Under the pieces are notes generated by a model that saw only the letters and a program-made list of their open reading frames with translations, made no database searches and was not told the DNA's origin. Shown here in pieces: positions 45,772-57,200 of a DNA stretch of 64,000 bases; position 1 is the first letter of the stretch, and each line of letters begins with the position of its first letter. The stretch is from Schizochytrium sp. TIO01. Lineage: Eukaryota > Protista > Bigyra: Labyrinthulomycetes. The position numbers and the translations under genes are program-made. Location: NCBI GenBank assembly GCA_004764695.1, contig SMSO01000032.1, positions 7,348,483-7,412,482 on the forward strand. The letters are read 5' to 3'.

Positions 45772-46965
45772 TCAACTGTGACTCTTATTAAAGCTTGTGT
45801 TATCGAGTGGCACGTGGATGGCAGAATCTTGGACATCAGAATATGTCATGGCACGGGTCTTAAACTCAATGTCACCGCGACCTTTAATTTCGAACTCAAT
45901 ACGGCTTTTACTTGAACCCTCTTTTGAAACAAATCTATTCATTGAGTCCCAAGAAGGACGAAAGATGTAGCCTCCGAAATTGAGAAAAGCAATAGAACAA
46001 AGAATCCATGTACCAGACAAAATGGACGTGACCACTGCATCCATAACACAAATGGTTACCTTATCGTCGATATCCTCGCATGTCCCACGGTATCCCTCAT
46101 CACCAACGGGAATCGTAAGAGTGAGCTGCATAATAGTGTCCAAGATGAAACGGCAGGCAAGCAGGACAAGACCAAGAAGGAAGAACTGATCGAGCCGCGT
46201 CAGGTATGAGGTTTTGGGTACCATGGAACTTGAGACAAAGAGGAAAGCTACCGACGTCAATGCTAAAGCCATCGCGAAGTCGAAACGTGATTCGTTGTAA
46301 GGGTACACGATTAGACACACCTGCGCAGCAATAATTAGAGCATAAACAAAGCCGATGTTCCAAAGAAAGTAACCTGAGCTGCGTTGAACAAAAATGCGAA
46401 AGCGAGCAGAGACGCTCCACGCCACATTATCGTTTACAACGTCAAGCTCAACACGCTCGAGATCCCACGAGTCAGCTACAGCTGCAAGCTCGCATTGAAT
46501 AATCCAGTCTTGGTTTTGCATCGAACATTCAACGGGAAAGGTACCATATTCTGTCAGCTCCCATGGCTTCATTTGGCAATTGTTGCTGAGAAGCTGAACA
46601 TCAAGAATCTGACGATCAAAAGGAAAAGCAGCATGATCGAACCGATCCTGTACTGTTGGGATTACAGTCCAACGCATGAAGATGAGATTGTCTTCTTCAT
46701 CATACCAATACGACTCATCAGTGGTTAGGGACTCCTGCACTTCGTTGTTAAAGTCAAGGTGCGGCACCCAAATTGGCTTGTGCATGTTTTGAAAGCGCAC
46801 AGTGCCGCCACGTACGACTCCTTCAACACGCCATGTTGGCTCCCAATACATGAAAACATCGACTGATGGTCGAACAACTTGATTCACATCATCAACTTCA
46901 ACCAAGGTGAGCTTGGTACGAAAGTAAACATACTCTGGGCCAGTTATAGAGTCACCCTTTCCCAT
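45772..46965 (-). CDS. Pentameric ligand-gated ion channel subunit, Cys-loop-less type
   Basis: PIWVPHLDFNN, AFPFDRQIL (Pro-loop), QRSSGYFLWNI (pre-M1), four TM helices, VPKTSYLTRLDQF (M2-M3). Confidence 0.88.
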   Translation of the reverse strand: MGKGDSITGPEYVYFRTKLTLVEVDDVNQVVRPSVDVFMYWEPTWRVEGVVRGGTVRFQNMHKPIWVPHLDFNNEVQESLTTDESYWYDEEDNLIFMRWTVIPTVQDRFDHAAFPFDRQILDVQLLSNNCQMKPWELTEYGTFPVECSMQNQDWIIQCELAAVADSWDLERVELDVVNDNVAWSVSARFRIFVQRSSGYFLWNIGFVYALIIAAQVCLIVYPYNESRFDFAMALALTSVAFLFVSSSMVPKTSYLTRLDQFFLLGLVLLACRFILDTIMQLTLTIPVGDEGYRGTCEDIDDKVTICVMDAVVTSILSGTWILCSIAFLNFGGYIFRPSWDSMNRFVSKEGSSKSRIEFEIKGRGDIEFKTRAMTYSDVQDSAIHVPLDNTSFNKSHS

Positions 46966-48217
46966 CTTAGCACTCAAGAGTGCTTTCGCCCCGAGATATC
47001 TCTGATTAGCACAAACCTCAACGTGTCTTCCTAGAGCAGTATTCTTCTTCTAGGTATTATACCCTTCGCAAAGTTTGGGTTTTACATCCAGCTTTAGACA
47101 GGAAGGATCTACTTTTACTCAGCGTCCTTACATCTTTCAGAATGGATCACTCCTGCCTGAGGTGAGCACTTAGCCTTCCTTATCTGGATAACATCTGAAG
47201 ACTACTCCTTTCTTCTTTGCATTCGTCGGAACCAATCGGAGAAAGTTGGTGTGCGGATGCGTGTGCAACGTGGCTCGCACTTCTGTGAAATTGGGATGTT
47301 TTGTTGTGTTGAGTAAATTTAAAAGTATTTGGTACAGGCCTTGAGCGATTGTGTCCTCAATACCAGGTTGTAGCAAGTATGAAATGCTATGGCTTTGGTC
47401 TTTCATCTGGAGGATGTGGCCTTCTCCTTGAAGTTGTACTACGGTTAAACAACGCGTAACACGTGGTGTAAATGCCGTGTCCCGAATTCATTCAGCCCTC
47501 TACGTAAATGTGTTTGGTATCATGCTTGGGTGGTAATAGTAACTTAACTCTCGCCCCATCTCGCGTCCAAAAGGTGCTAGTCTTTGCAGTGTCTCTGAGC
47601 TTTTGCTTTCTACCAGTCGTGTGTGTGCAGTAACTAAAAAACAAACCTGCAAGTTGGATTACATCCCTGTCAATAGTACCTCAAAACGAGTCCTATCATA
47701 TATCTAAACAATAGCACCTCGGACAAAGTAATTCTATAATAAATTTAACACCATGCGCATCATTCACGCGCCGTCTGCGCGCCAGTCAGATGCGCCAGAC
47801 TCAGATGCCTCTCTGCAGTTCAAGATCCTCCTATGGGTACTATTTTGGTTTACAATTTACAGACGCTTATCTACCCAAAGTAGAGTACTCCATGCAGCTT
47901 CATGATGATGTTTTCCCGCGATTAATTCAGTTTTTGGTACTTGATAAATCGCTCCTCATAATGTCACAATTCAATGTTCTATGACACAACTGTGCCTTTG
48001 ATATTCAACAACGAGGACCCATCTGCTAATAGCATAAGGTAGCACCAGGTTTTATGTAGGTAGGTACTATACTTCCATCCCCAAGACAAAAATCGAGCAG
48101 TCCACTCAGATGGATGGTGTACAGCCTCAGCTCGTCTATCCTGGTCTGATCTTGCAAATGGGTGTGTATTTGATGCTTTGTATATAAATGATTCCGCTGG
48201 TTCAGTCAACATCTCAG

Positions 48218-48306
48218 CTCGCTGTAGCTCAGTTGGTAGAGCGATGGATTGTAGCGTTTCCATATCAAATTTCCATTGGTCACTGGTTCGACTCCGGTCG
48301 GCGAGA
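48218..48306 (+). tRNA. trnY: tRNA-Tyr(GTA) copy 1, 16-nt intron
   Basis: C1:G72/A73 acceptor CTCGCTG/CGGCGAG-A, TAGCTCAGTTGGTAGAGC D-arm, ATGGA-TTGTAG-intron-T-TCCAT, GGTTCGACTCC T-arm. Confidence 0.95.
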
Positions 48307-48399
48307 TTGAATTTTTGCCCATTTTTAATACTTTTCATAAAAATATTGCAGTCATAAAATTTATATATAGTACCAGTGGTTATGCTGCCATCAACTCAA

Positions 48400-48487
48400 C
48401 TCGCTGTAGCTCAGTTGGTAGAGCGATGGATTGTAGCGTAATATTTCAAATTTCCATTGGTCACTGGTTCGACTCCGGTCGGCGAGA
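48400..48487 (+). tRNA. trnY: tRNA-Tyr(GTA) copy 2, 15-nt intron
   Basis: Exons identical to copy 1. Confidence 0.95.
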
Positions 48488-48577
48488 TTGAATTTTTATT
48501 TCTATTGACTTTTTTTTCTGCTCATATACTTACATTTGTCAATATATTGTACATGCAGAGCGTCACTAATATCTCAG

Positions 48578-48666
48578 CTCGCTGTAGCTCAGTTGGTAGA
48601 GCGATGGATTGTAGCGTTTCTATATCAAATTTCCATTGGTCACTGGTTCGACTCCGGTCGGCGAGA
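48578..48666 (+). tRNA. trnY: tRNA-Tyr(GTA) copy 3, 16-nt intron
   Basis: Exons identical to copy 1. Confidence 0.95.
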
Positions 48667-48756
48667 CTGATTTTTTTTTTGCTTTTGCATCTTTTCAAAA
48701 AGAAACCATCGTTGGAAGAATGATCTTGGAGCGCAGCATTGGTTGTGACATCTCAA

Positions 48757-48845
48757 CTCGCTGTAGCTCAGTTGGTAGAGCGATGGATTGTAGCGTTTCT
48801 ATATCAAATTTCCATTGGTCACTGGTTCGACTCCGGTCGGCGAGA
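48757..48845 (+). tRNA. trnY: tRNA-Tyr(GTA) copy 4, 16-nt intron
   Basis: Exons identical to copy 1. Confidence 0.95.
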
Positions 48846-48934
48846 TTGATTTTTGTTTTCTATCTGATTTTTTTCGCCTCCACAGAAACCCATCCTTGTG
48901 TTATAGTCTTGGATGCGATTCAGAACCCCATCAA

Positions 48935-49022
48935 CTCGCTGTAGCTCAGTTGGTAGAGCGATGGATTGTAGCGTTACATTTCAAATTTCCATTGGTCACT
49001 GGTTCGACTCCGGTCGGCGAGA
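48935..49022 (+). tRNA. trnY: tRNA-Tyr(GTA) copy 5, 15-nt intron
   Basis: Exons identical to copy 1. Confidence 0.95.
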
Positions 49023-49114
49023 TTGATTTTTGCTTTTTTTGCAATTTTTTTTCTCTATCAAACTTGTACCCTGATGGAACATTTGACACCATGGCAGAGT
49101 GCACCCCATCTCAA

Positions 49115-49203
49115 CTCGCTGTAGCTCAGTTGGTAGAGCGATGGATTGTAGCGTTTCTATATCAAATTTCCATTGGTCACTGGTTCGACTCCGGTCGGCG
49201 AGA
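49115..49203 (+). tRNA. trnY: tRNA-Tyr(GTA) copy 6, 16-nt intron
   Basis: Exons identical to copy 1. Confidence 0.95.
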
Positions 49204-49296
49204 TTGATATTTTGCTCTTTTTGCTAATTTTTTCTCTATGAAAATTCTGCGCTGATGGGACATCTGACACCATTGCAGTGTGCACCCCCATCTGAA

Positions 49297-49384
49297 CTCG
49301 CTGTAGCTCAGTTGGTAGAGCGATGGATTGTAGCGTTACATTTCAAATTTCCATTGGTCACTGGTTCGACTCCGGTCGGCGAGA
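49297..49384 (+). tRNA. trnY: tRNA-Tyr(GTA) copy 7, 15-nt intron
   Basis: Exons identical to copy 1. Confidence 0.95.
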
Positions 49385-49619
49385 TAGGATACTTTTCCCC
49401 CCTATAAGTATGAGGTATCTACATTGCTATTTTTAATTTTTAATTTTTCACATCTACGTTGCCATAGTATACTTTATCCTTCCACGCATAATTGAGTCAC
49501 CTAGCTAGGTAGGGTATTGCCTACTTGCGTGTTTTATCTTTTTTTTCCTTTTCTTCGAAGTATACTCATACTTACCTAGAACCTCATAAACGAGCATGGC
49601 TTCTGGAGTTCCATCTCAG

Positions 49620-49708
49620 CTCGCTGTAGCTCAGTTGGTAGAGCGATGGATTGTAGCGTATCTATTTCAAATTTCCATTGGTCACTGGTTCGACTCCGGT
49701 CGGCGAGA
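49620..49708 (+). tRNA. trnY: tRNA-Tyr(GTA) copy 8, 16-nt intron
   Basis: Exons identical to copy 1. Confidence 0.95.
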
Positions 49709-49797
49709 TTGAATTCTTTTTTCCTTTTTGGATGATTTTTTCTAAATCAAACTAGGTGGCAGGTAACGTTCTTCCATAACCGAAACGAAACCTCGCC

Positions 49798-49873
49798 CTC
49801 ACTGTAACTCAGTTGGCAGAGCGATGGTCATTCAAGGTTCCATTGGCCATCGGTTCAACTCTGGTCGGGGAGA
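49798..49873 (+). pseudogene. tRNA-Tyr pseudogene (anticodon region deleted, multiple substitutions)
   Basis: ctcactgtaactcagttggcagagcgatgg...ttccattggccatcggttcaactctggtcggggaga is a clear diverged copy lacking TTGTAG. Confidence 0.85.
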
Positions 49874-50524
49874 GCTTCATTTAAAAAAAAGAAAAGAGGT
49901 TAATTTCAAGATCTGGGTACCTAATGTAGCTCACGCACAGAACCAACAAAACTCTACATCAAAATGTGCAGTATCAATCTAGCTACTTGGTCTAATTGTG
50001 CAAAATGTGCATGGTAATACTTGACTTAACTGTTGAAGAGATAACATGATATTGTCATATGTTGTCAATTTTTGCTATTCATAAATTTATTCGAAGGACT
50101 TTATTTGAAGATTCAACACAAGAGAAATGGGCAAACGGTTGCGTCCAATGGTGAGAATGTTATAAATACAGACAGGTAAAGATGCATTTAATTTAGTTCA
50201 CCGTCATAACACTTGAAAAGCTCTGCTTCCTATTGAAAATAAAGAGAAACTTTGTTCTCTAGATTTGGCGAGTAAACTGAGTGACACAATAAGGTTTCTA
50301 AAATTGAAGGGAATGTGTCATCATAGAATACGACAAGTTCAACTGCATTTAGTTCATGAATACCGCTCAACGCTTTGAGCATATCTTTGTTAAATACGGG
50401 TTTCCGTTCATTTTGCTGAAAGAAATAAGCAGGTAAAGACTAGAAAGTGGAAACTTGTCTATGGCACTACTGGCCGGCAAGAAAATAGCTCATCCTTGCA
50501 GCCAACTTGCAGCCAGATGTTTGC

Positions 50525-51295
50525 TTACTCCTCTTCCTCAGGCGGCGCCAGAATCTGGTTCTTGATGCGCTCTACTGCCTCATCGACTTCAGTCATCTGA
50601 GTGTAGAAGTCAAGGAATTTACCGTCCGGTCCGATTAGGTAGCTGACAATGCTGTGATCCACAAGGTAATCATCCTCATTTTCCAAGTCCTGGTCCGCTA
50701 CGGAATGGTACACGCGGAAGGCTTTGCAGGCGCGCTCAACTTGACCAGGCGTGCCTGTGAGGCCGAGCATTCGCGGGTGAAAGTCCTTAACGTAGTGGGC
50801 AACCTGCTCGACTCCATCGCGCTTGGGATCCACAGAGATGAACACAGGGAGGACGCGAGGCCCGATTTCGGGGTCCTTGTCAAGCTTCTCTACAATATCA
50901 GTGATCTTGATGAGCTCCGCAGGGCAGATGTCCGGACAATACGTGAAGCCAAAGTACAGCAACGCGTGGGTATGGCCACCCTCGCGCATCGAGGCGTCCG
51001 TCACGGGTCTTCCATTGTGGTCTACAAGCGTCCACGGGCCGCCAAGGAGCGGCTTGCCAATGACCCGAGAGTTTTTAGCGCGAACGCGCTCGATCTTGGC
51101 CTCCTTCTCGCGGACGTAGTAGGTCACCAGGCCGGCGCCAACCGCTGCCATGATCGCAAAGCTTGCCCAAGAGATCGGGCCGCGGCCACGGCCTTCGCCC
51201 TGTGGGGTCGATGACATGAGCCGCGCTGCTGGCATTCTGCTAAAGCCGGGCCTCACGGCCGTCCGCACGTTGCACAGCACGCGAGATGCCAACAT
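50525..51295 (-). CDS. SCO1: SCO1/SenC cytochrome c oxidase copper chaperone, mitochondrial
   Basis: Presequence, one TM, GKPLLGGPWTLVDH, YFGFTYCPDICPAEL (CxxxC), ISVDPKRD, DYLVDHS. Confidence 0.97.
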   Translation of the reverse strand: MLASRVLCNVRTAVRPGFSRMPAARLMSSTPQGEGRGRGPISWASFAIMAAVGAGLVTYYVREKEAKIERVRAKNSRVIGKPLLGGPWTLVDHNGRPVTDASMREGGHTHALLYFGFTYCPDICPAELIKITDIVEKLDKDPEIGPRVLPVFISVDPKRDGVEQVAHYVKDFHPRMLGLTGTPGQVERACKAFRVYHSVADQDLENEDDYLVDHSIVSYLIGPDGKFLDFYTQMTEVDEAVERIKNQILAPPEEEE

Positions 51296-54200
51296 GATTA
51301 TCGCTTCCCTGACCTTCTGCTTCTTGTCGAAGACCTCAAAGCAGCACTCGACAGACCAACTAACAGAGCTTGAGCCGCGCGCTAGGTGGTTTCAATCCAA
51401 GTTTGTATGATTGATTTTAAATTTCCGAGTTTTGCTTCGAATTAAATTTCGAACTCAATTCGAACTCATTCGCTGGTATTCTAGCTCAATTCGGGCTTCT
51501 CATTCCACCTTCAAATGCAACATTAATAATGGGGTAGAGATATTTGAGGTGCACGCAACCACAGTCTCGCTCATGCGTTGAATCTGGAGCTTTCCACACT
51601 GTATTTCTAACCATGCTGATTCTTTCCTGGTCTGAAGAACGTGCTGCTGCTGCTGATACTCTTGCTACTAGTACGTAGTACCTAAGTAGGTGACTTTTTA
51701 AAGAGCAGCAGCGGAGAGAGAACGTCTACACTAAAGTAGACATTGGCATTAGGTCATCCTATGTATAGAAAAGAAGCTCCTTTTGCCTACAATGTCTGGT
51801 TCCAGGTGTTCTTTGGATTTGAAAGTAACCAGAGGCTGGAGGAGGCGCATCAAAAGAAGAGTTCAGCCCATTCTTCATTTATAGAAATGGTAAGGTCATG
51901 ACGAGAAAGATCACAAGGTGATGAAATACTTTTCTCAGAATATAGCTTCAAGGGCAAGGCTTTAAATTTAAATCTGCACAATAGGCTGAAAACACAAAAA
52001 CTCTTCAACTAGATTAAGGAGGTCTCTGCACAATTTTGAAGGAAATGTGAAAGCGATCAACAGATTTTGTTTCCTTGATGAAAGCGCTCCCTGTATCTTA
52101 TAAATGATGGGTTTTTGTTGCATTTATTAATAGACAGCTTATAATTAGACTAGGGACTTCAGACTTTGCTCACGCTGATAGCTACCAAATCTCTAAGATC
52201 TGTTGTAATCTTCTTTTGTCTGTTGATTTTAAAGAAAGACTTCCTTTTCTGCAAAACCTGTGAGAGTAAATGATTACACATCTGTACTAGTCCTCTAACC
52301 CTCTCGTCGAACAAGAAAAAGAATATATTTTACATCGATTTATTTCCGAAAGGAAGCAAAGAGTACCAAAAGTAAGATGGATATATGAAAGCCTGAATTG
52401 GAGATTTTTTTAAGCCATATATCGGAGTAATGTTTCTGTGATTCTGACCCTAGGTACTATTTCTCCACTTATTAGTTTCAGTTGCCATGGGAAAATGGAC
52501 GAAGTTTTGCTCCACCTGGAGTTCTACTGCGATTGAAGTCGCACAAAGAACACGCAAAGCTTCTTTCAGCTTTCCTTTTATGATGCCATGATTCTAATAG
52601 CTCAATTGAATGTGAAAGTGGTTTGAGCCTCTGCAACTTTTGCAACGAGCATCAAGGCTTTATTCACTGTTTTTATTCATTCCTTTGAGTTCACGCAAGT
52701 TACCGTTTGCTATCTTTCCCATATGGGTGTGGACTGATCCTTTCAAGGCATCACCATGGATCGCAAACAGGTAATGTACGCTCGCTCCCAAAGGTGCTCC
52801 AATATTTTACAAATTCACGTGTCCTGGTTGTGCAGGTAATTTTCACTTCCATTCGCCTCTTTCTCGCAGCATATTTTCCTAAGCACTAGTACAGATACCA
52901 TGGCAACGATTTGTCAGGCAGTTTCGAAGTACAAGGTGCTCAGGAATGGGAAGCAGGTATTCGTTGTCAAATAATTCATCTGCTTTCACGTTTCTGACTC
53001 AAACTACTACCTAGGTACCCTAAGCGAAACAGTAAAAGCGTCTTAGCGATTATCCATCTCCTATTGACCACAAGTGCGGGGCAGCTGTGAGCGAATTGAG
53101 GCTTAGACGAGCTGGCTGTAGAAACACTGCCTAGCATGGAGAAAACCAATAAACTCGGAGTCAAGCCACCGTTGTTGCGCCCGCTTCCCTCAAAGGAAAA
53201 TCTGGAGGCGTGATTCCCCATTGTATCAGTGCAGCTACTGTTGTTGATTTTACTGCTGGCTTTCGGGAGCCTTTGTTGTCCAGCCCCTCACAGTGGCAAA
53301 ATTGTGCGCCCAGGAGTGTGCGCTGACTAAACACAGCAATCTTTTAATATATATATATTTTTTTTAATTTAACACAAAATGGTGGAGGTTCTCGTATTGT
53401 CGCGCCACCAGGTATTTCCTCTTTGTGAGCGGGGAGATGAACTTTCGCTTTCATCTGATAAGTGAAGTGAACTGGTGCTTTGCTGCTCCCGGCCTGGACA
53501 ATGATTTGCACAAAGTTGAGTGCCTCTTGTTTCCAGCAAGTGTTTCCTCCTATTTGTGAAGTTGTGAGCACCCTACCGTAGTAGCTATCCTACCTAGGCA
53601 TGAAGGAATCCGGCAATAATTTTGAATTTGCTTCCCACAGCTGTTGTGTTCTGATTCGCGATGTTCTTCATCACTGCAAAAGAGTCAACGAAAGCCTCAA
53701 CAACGAGTCCACATCGCCGACTTCACGAACTTGAGGGCAGCCAACAGCAAGAGCTATAGTCTGCACGCCGACCTCGCCTTTTTCCTCCGTTGGGAACGGC
53801 GATCATGGCCATTGCGTCTTCGTGAGCTTTGCCTTCACCAATCAAACCCTGGTGAACGCTCGGCCTGCAGCAACGCAATCAGGCTGCAGCTGCAGCTAGC
53901 TGGTTAGCTTTTAGGCATGCTTCCACAGCGAACGATTAAAGTGAATTCAGGTGGGGTTCTGTTGCTCTAGCTTTCTCCGGTGCTTCTCGATGTTGCCTCT
54001 GCGGAACCTGATAAGCGAGCTGCGTAAGCTGCGTAAGCTAGGCTTGCATAAGGAGCTGCTGCTTACGACTAGCTTTGAACAGCTGTGTCCAGGCACGCCG
54101 GACTCAAGCTTCCTCTCCAAAGCTGCTAGGAAGGAAGGAAGGTTATCTTAAGCTTGGAAACGATCAGCCTGCTGAGCGTCGTGTTCAACCTTTCGACTTG

Positions 54201-57200
54201 ACTCACTCATATTTCCAGAACGATGTGAATGAGCGGCATTACCTGAACTTTTGTTTATTTATTTATTTCCAAAAGCTAACTCTTGCATCGAGCTTAAGAA
54301 GTTTTCTATTATATTTATTTGTTTTTTTGTTTATTTCAAGTTATATTTTTCTACCAAATCCTCAGGCTACAGTAGGATAGGATGATTGTCACAAAATCAG
54401 GAGCTTGCGATCTTCTTCTTTGGTGTAGAAAGTGGAGTACAAACCTACTTATTCGATGATTTGCTGGCTGTTCTGTTTGGTGCTTCGTCCAAGGCTGTTT
54501 CAATTGGTTTTAGAGGCTTTAAACTAGGCATCCGGTAAAATCTCAAATAATTAATTTCTCAAGATTGTAGAAGATTTGAAATGGTGCAATGGAAGAAATT
54601 CAACTTACCAGTCTTTTATATATTGGAAGGCTCTTTTGATCTACTTAATAGTAGTGGTCGCACGCTAGAAAATGCGCAACAACTGAGCAATTCGTGATTC
54701 TTTTAGAGCTGCATCTTACTCTCTTTTACCCTAAACCTACTTTAATCTCACGCCGTGATGTACCAATGTCAAGTAGGAAACTGTGCAAGGTTTTCTCCGC
54801 TACGAAACGAATTGAACACTGCTAGCCCACCGTCTTTATTGATTTTCGAAGAATCATCTAACACTGACTTCTCTCATTATTATACACAAATAATGAACTA
54901 TTCTTTTTCATTTCTTTTTACATAAACTGGCGTTAAAGAAAAAAGAAAAAAGAAAAAAAAGTTAAAATTATAATAGAATAATAAGAAGGATTAAAACAAC
55001 AAACGTTTTTTTTCTTTCTTTCTTTTTCCTTTTTTCATGTTTCCTTTGTTGTCTCAAATGATTTTTTGTTTCAAAGCAGGGCGAGGCGAGGGTTCTTTGG
55101 GGATGGTATGAATATAAAAGGCAACGCAGTACAGCGAGTTACCACTGGTGTGTTTGTTGACTAATATGGCCTTTCTTTTAATAGGCTATGCCATTCTCGG
55201 TTCAGAAGGTCCACGCATTTTGTCTTGAGACGATGAGGAACCCGAAGTAACAGGTTTTACAGGACATTGGTTGTATTATAGGTATCAACATACTAATTAG
55301 TTACTCCTTGACAATAAACCCCCTAAGATCCACAAACTATTGCTCTTTGCAACTCTTTTGTTGGACTGGCTCGTCACGCTTCAGATAGAATTTCAAGAAT
55401 TGAACTTTATTTTCACGTTAGCATATAAATGTCCCGAACAGTCTACAGGGACAGGTTTATAACCCCTTTGGCACTGCCACTTAGACCCAGTCAAACCATG
55501 TGTAGATCACAAGGGAGAAAATTTGTAAATGCTCTACAATCGAAACCGCTAATCTACGCCCAACGACACACATCGAGATGCTAACTGTTTGTGGAGAACC
55601 ATTCTTAAAGGGAAACCTCAGAGGGAGTTGGGATTGTCATTACAGCAGCTTGCTGCAACAACAATATCATCAACAGAGGCATAAGAGCCTTGTTGAAAAG
55701 GAAACGTTGTTACTTATTGTTTTGCTTAGCTTAGCTTGCTTGCTCTCAGATTCAGCAACTAAATGTAACTCTTCGCAGGTGTAGAAATCTTGGATGGCAG
55801 AACCATTCTATTCATTGGCACTTTATGTAGAGAACAGAAATGCTTCGGAGAATATATCAACTAACTTCGAGGTTCATCCAATGATATACTTCAGGGCGCA
55901 TTGATGTATTCATTTTCCACATTCCGAGAATTACCTTAAAACAAAGAAAAGGTATCTGAAAGTGACTGTGGAAACCTGGTAAAGCATCTTATGGGTCTCC
56001 ATCAAAATCAATACTGCAATGTCAACTTTTCATGTTACGCTCAATAAATCTTCAATCATACACTTCAGGGTGGTTTCTCTACAGCACCACTGTACTCTTC
56101 TCTCCTTGAAGCAGTGTTAATGATGACATTCGTTAGTGTTGCATAAGCCGTTGGGCATTCTCGGACTTCATTTGAGAATAGTAAGACTATAGAGAACAGG
56201 TTATCTTGTTTTGTGCTGCTTCTTTCTTTTGTAAAGCTCTTTAAAAGTCTAATCACCAAAGCCCGTGCATCGCCTGGAGCAGGTGTCGCAAGGTGTAATG
56301 GTACATGATTTTGAGCTGCATAGTTCACCATACGCCTGGGAGAGGTAAGCAAAGCGCATCTATTGTCCTTTGTTGGCTAAGGTAGTCCGCAGATCAACAT
56401 TAAGGCCTCATTATAGAATAGCAGTACATAAACTGACTCTCCGACTCTTCAGGATTCAGAATTTACAAACATGCGTTACGCGGGGCAGTCTACGGAAAGA
56501 TGGATTCCCCCACTTTTGTTTTTCTCCTTTTTGTCGTTTTGTTTCTTTGGGGCCACTAGTCCTTACAAAGTCACGGGACTTCATTCTTTCTGTAAATGCG
56601 AAAGCCGCGCTCTCCCAAATGCGAAGGGACCTGCACGCAAAGGCTCGTGCACAGTGTGACTTGACAAAGACTGGATATGAACAACTAAGACTCCTCCTCT
56701 CGGTACCACAAGCGTCCCGCTTGACTCTTTATATGTCAGTTAGCTAAAGTCCGCTAATGTAATACATGATAATTTTATAAAAATTAAGAATACATTAAAA
56801 AAAATATAAGTAAATTAAAGTAAATTAAAACAATACATTCTATTGCATAACATTAGAGGTAGTAACAGTAAACCAGGGGGTCCTCTTTTCTTCCTTTTTC
56901 TCCTAATCCTTTTGAAGGGAGGGACCTCAGGAAAAGTTTTTGTCTCTATCTATAGCAGCTAGCTTTATAGTGATCCGCTTGACTTGTGTAAAAATAAACC
57001 CGTTCTGGTGGAGAAGCGAAGAACTTTGGCTTGAGCAGAAACCGCTGCATCGACCACAGCGTTGTGACAGGCCATGTCCGCACGAATATCGAGATTTGAC
57101 AGTGAGCTGCGGTGTGAAGAGCAGTCCATGCCATCGCTAGAAAGTCGTTGCTGGAGGTGCTCTCTTCGCTGAGCAGTTGGTACTTTCACGTGTGCCCTGT

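Noticed and set aside
48218-49708. Regular repeat-spacer pattern resembling a CRISPR array
   Set aside because: The repeats are 88-89-nt tRNA-Tyr genes with introns, the context is eukaryotic and there are no cas genes. The short ORFs in the track here are artefacts.
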